The notes beneath the pieces were generated by a model. The model made no database searches, was not told where the DNA came from, and was given only the letters and a program-made list of their open reading frames with translations. From Bacteroidota bacterium (GTDB lineage: Bacteria; Bacteroidota; Bacteroidia; 2-12-FULL-35-15): a stretch of 64,000 nt of DNA. The position numbers were made by a program, and so were the translations under genes. Where the stretch lies: the NCBI GenBank assembly GCA_016707685.1, contig JADJHE010000003.1:5934-69933 (forward strand). Reading direction: 5' to 3'. Positions 60,929-64,000 of this stretch are shown here, piece after piece; the stretch's first letter is position 1, and each line of letters begins with the position of its first letter.

Positions 60929-62859
60929 TTATCCAACCATAGTGCTTTTTTTTGCACCAACCATTTCAATAGCTGTTTGGATGATACTTTCAGTATCAAA
61001 ACCACATTCTACATACAATTCTTGTTGCTCACCATGTTCAATGTATTTATCTGGAATACCAAGACGTTTTACCTGTGCCTGATAGTTATGGTCGGCCATA
61101 AACTCAATTACTGCGCTTCCCATTCCACCCATAATGCATCCATCTTCAATGGTAATCACTTTGCTATGTTTGGCAAATACTTCGTGCAATAAATCCTCGT
61201 CAATTGGTTTCACAAAGCGCATATCGTAATGTGCTGCCTTGATGCCTTGTTCTTCCAGTTTTTTGCAAGCCGCTACTGCAAAGTTTCCTACAGGGCCAAT
61301 GGTTAAAAAGGCAACATCGTCACCATTTTGAATTCTACGCCCTTTACCAATCGTAATTTTTTGGAAAGGTTTTTTCCAGTCTACCATCACTCCATTTCCA
61401 CGTGGGTAACGGATAGAGAAAGGAACTGCATTTTCGGGCAATTGAGCCGAATACATTAAATTTCTTAATTCTTCTTCGTTCATAGGTGAACTTACCACCA
61501 TGTTTGGAATGCAACGGAAATACGCTAAATCGTAAGCTCCGTGGTGTGTTGGGCCATCGGCACCAGCCAAACCACCTCTATCTAAACAAAACACTACGTG
61601 TAGTTTTTGCAAAGCCACATCATGCACCACTTGATCGAATGCACGTTGCATAAAGGAAGAATAAATATTACAAAAAGGAACAAGTCCTTGTGTTGCTAAT
61701 CCAGCCGAAAAGGTTACTGCATGTTGCTCGGCAATACCTACGTCAAAAGCACGGTCGGGCATTGCTTTCATCATGATGTTCAACGAACAACCAGAAGGCA
61801 TTGCAGGTGTAATTCCCATAATTTTTGGGTTTTTCTCTGCTAATTCTACAATGGTATAGCCAAAAACATCCTGATATTTAGGTGGTTGTGGTTCTTTCGG
61901 AACTATTTTAATGATTTCTCCGGTATCTTTATTGAACAAACCTGGTGCATGCCAAACGGTTTGGTTTCCTTCTTCCGAAAACTTGTATCCTTTTCCTTTT
62001 TGGGTTAAGCAATGTAAAATTTTCGGTCCGGGAATATCTTTTAAATCTTGTAATACTTTGGTTAAACGTTCCACATCATGTCCATCAACAGGACCAAAAT
62101 AACGGAACTTTAAGGATTCAAACATATTGCTTTGTTTCAGCAAGGATGTTTTTACGCCATTTTCAATTTTTGATGCAATTTCTTGTGCATTTGGACCAAA
62201 TTTGCTGATTTTGCCTAGCAAATTCCAAATTTCATCTTTGAACTTATTGTACGTATGAGAAGTGGTAATATCAGTTAAATACTCTTTTAATGCACCTACG
62301 TTTGGATCGATGCTCATGCAATTATCGTTTAATACAACCAATAAGTTTGCATTGCAGGTTCCTGCATGGTTTAGGGCTTCAAATGCTTGTCCGGCAGTCA
62401 TGGCACCATCACCAATAACAGCAATGTGTTGACGCTCTTTTTCACCTTTGTAAGCCGAAGCCACAGCCATTCCTAATGCTCCACCAATGGAAGTAGAGGA
62501 GTGGCCAACTCCAAATGTATCGTATTCACTTTCAGAACGTTTTGGAAAACCACTGATGCCTTTGTAAATACGGTTGGTATGAAAACGCTTCTGCGACCAG
62601 TTAAAATTTTATGTCCGTAAGCCTGATGTCCAACATCCCAAACCAATTGATCATAAGGCGTATTGAAAACATAATGCAAAGCAACGGTAAGTTCTACTAC
62701 ACCTAAACTAGCACCAAAGTGACCACCTTTTTTTGAAACTACATCAATTATAAATTGGCGCAATTCCTTACTAACTTGAGGTAATTGTTCTAATTGAAGC
62801 TTGCGTAAATCACCAGGATATTCAATTTTTTCGAGAAGGGAGCCGGCTTTAAATTCCAT
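60929..62859 (-). CDS. dxs: 1-deoxy-D-xylulose-5-phosphate synthase; frameshift near 62588-62595
   Basis: N-terminus …[46 protein letters not shown], then out-of-frame …[77 protein letters not shown]…, which is Dxs throughout. Confidence 0.9.
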
Positions 62860-63075
62860 TTAAAATGTGCGGAGTATTAATATTTAAACAAAGGTAAAAT
62901 AATTTCGATAATAATCACTAACAAGCGAGCCAACGAAATTGTTTTGAGGATGTTGTGAGATTAACAGAATTTAAGGAAAATTTCTGTTTCAGCTCTATGG
63001 GGTTGAGTGGAATGTGAGTGATTGTTAACGTTCTAGAGAAGCAAAATTACAAGGGATATTCAATCTATTTATTTG

Positions 63076-63603
63076 TTAACTCAGCTCCCAGCTATCACAA
63101 TATTCGTAAGTCTGAATCCAGAATAAAAAACACCATCTATAATTTGTTTCTCTCTGTATAATAATATCGTGTTTGCCTTTTTTTATGCGAAAGAATTCAT
63201 CCAGTTTACAATCATAGAGTCCAAATAATGATTGCCAATTTCCGCTTAATGCGTTTGCTTCATAAACTAATGGATATTTTGCTGGTGTAGGGTCTTCACA
63301 ATTTGAAATCTTTCTATCTGCGAAATAAATGTATTTTACTCCAAGTTTTTCTTTTAATACTTCAGCCTGATTCTTCAAGTTTAATGAGTGGCTAAAGACA
63401 TAAAAGTCTCCAGTTATACAATCTGTGGTGTAATAGTCTCTAACAAAAGCACTATCAGAATCAAATAGGTTATGAATTAAAGATTCTGGTAGCAATTTAT
63501 TTTTTAATTGTTTAGGTCCTATCGTTAGAAAAGTAATTGTTTGAATAAGAAAAAAAATTAGAATAATCCCCACCAATTTTAATGCTTTTTTAAATATAAT
63601 CAT
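63076..63603 (-). CDS. Hypothetical membrane-anchored protein
   Basis: N-terminal TM helix (…LVGIILIFFLIQTITFLTIG…). No recognisable family. Confidence 0.4.
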   Translation of the reverse strand: MIIFKKALKLVGIILIFFLIQTITFLTIGPKQLKNKLLPESLIHNLFDSDSAFVRDYYTTDCITGDFYVFSHSLNLKNQAEVLKEKLGVKYIYFADRKISNCEDPTPAKYPLVYEANALSGNWQSLFGLYDCKLDEFFRIKKGKHDIIIQRETNYRWCFLFWIQTYEYCDSWELS

Positions 63604-63681
63604 TATGCTGTCGATTGGTCTATTATTAAAACTAAGACTGTTAAGTCGGTTGTTAAACACTATCAAATATACAAAATAAAA

Positions 63682-63708
63682 AAACCCATCGTTTCGGATG
63701 GGTTTTTA
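63682..63708. terminator. Rho-independent terminator
   Basis: aaaAACCCATCGtttcGGATGGGTTTttaaaatt. Confidence 0.6.
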
Positions 63709-63726
63709 AAATTGCGATTCGTTTAT

Positions 63727-64000
63727 TTATTGTTTTACAATTCGTTTTGTAATGCTGTTGTTTTCTGTTTGAATGTTTATGAAATACACTCCAACAGGTA
63801 ATTCTGCAATAGTGAATGATTTTTCATTTTCAGTTTTTACTACAGCTCCTAATGTGTTGTAAATAACAATTGCTTTTATAACATCATTACTTTGAATGTT
63901 TAAAATACCAGTAGTTGGATTTGGATATACCATCGTATTTGTAACAGCATAACTAGCAATGTTTGTTACAGTAATGTTCACACATGCAGAGGTGTCGGAA
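63727..64000 (-). CDS. C-terminal part of a T9SS C-terminal-domain cargo protein (gene continues beyond the window end)
   Basis: …TMVYPNPTTGILNIQSNDVIKAIVIYNTLGAVVKTENEKSFTIAELPVGVYFINIQTENNSITKRIVKQ is a T9SS sorting-domain pattern. The frame is open to position 64000. Confidence 0.7.
   Translation of the reverse strand, partial: SDTSACVNITVTNIASYAVTNTMVYPNPTTGILNIQSNDVIKAIVIYNTLGAVVKTENEKSFTIAELPVGVYFINIQTENNSITKRIVKQ

Noticed and set aside
1022-62595. Calling the ten interrupted genes pseudogenes
   Set aside because: The frameshifts sit at homopolymer runs. Both halves stay open and conserved. Essential or near-universal genes (dxs, mnmG) are affected. Sequencing error is the more parsimonious explanation. 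Only the start-less T9SS fragment at 2139..3017 is called a pseudogene.

Overview
This 64-kb window is low-GC and gene-dense. Its content points to a Bacteroidota chromosome, Flavobacteriia- or Sphingobacteriia-like: many T9SS C-terminal-domain cargo proteins, a SprB-type adhesin next to porP/sprF, LytTR and Y_Y_Y two-component systems, and convergent genes sharing hairpin terminators.

Housekeeping content:
- Efflux and envelope: RND efflux pump tail with a TolC-like outer membrane factor, MltD-like lytic transglycosylase, M23 peptidase, DUF4292 and TPR lipoproteins, a Wzx-type flippase, rfaE2.
- Metabolism: rpiB, nadA, a trans-sulfuration PLP enzyme, enoyl-CoA hydratase, a B12-binding domain protein, panD, dxs.
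- Translation and export: mnmG, gatA, tatA, dut.

Accessory islands:
- An ECF sigma / anti-sigma operon that continues into a Spy/CpxP-like periplasmic protein, an MbnP-like protein, a di-haem cytochrome c peroxidase and a YHYH T9SS cargo protein.
- A minus-strand T9SS cargo array at 26–37 kb. It encodes a SprB-like repeat adhesin with a type-B C-terminal domain, PorP/SprF, a pentahaem c-type cytochrome with a T9SS sorting domain, and an FG-GAP/ASPIC (CRTAC1-like) cargo protein. The T9SS-sorted multihaem cytochrome is the most unusual element in the window.

Other notable signals:
- A perfect 14-bp palindrome GTTCCACGTGGAAC occurs four times around a SAM methyltransferase gene.
- A 50-bp copy of the lutB 3' end flanks an N-terminally truncated T9SS cargo fragment.
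- A 670-bp region has no plausible ORF.
- At least ten genes, including mnmG and dxs, carry single-base frameshifts at homopolymer runs. This most likely reflects sequencing error rather than gene decay.

No rRNA, tRNA, CRISPR array or transposase was recognised.
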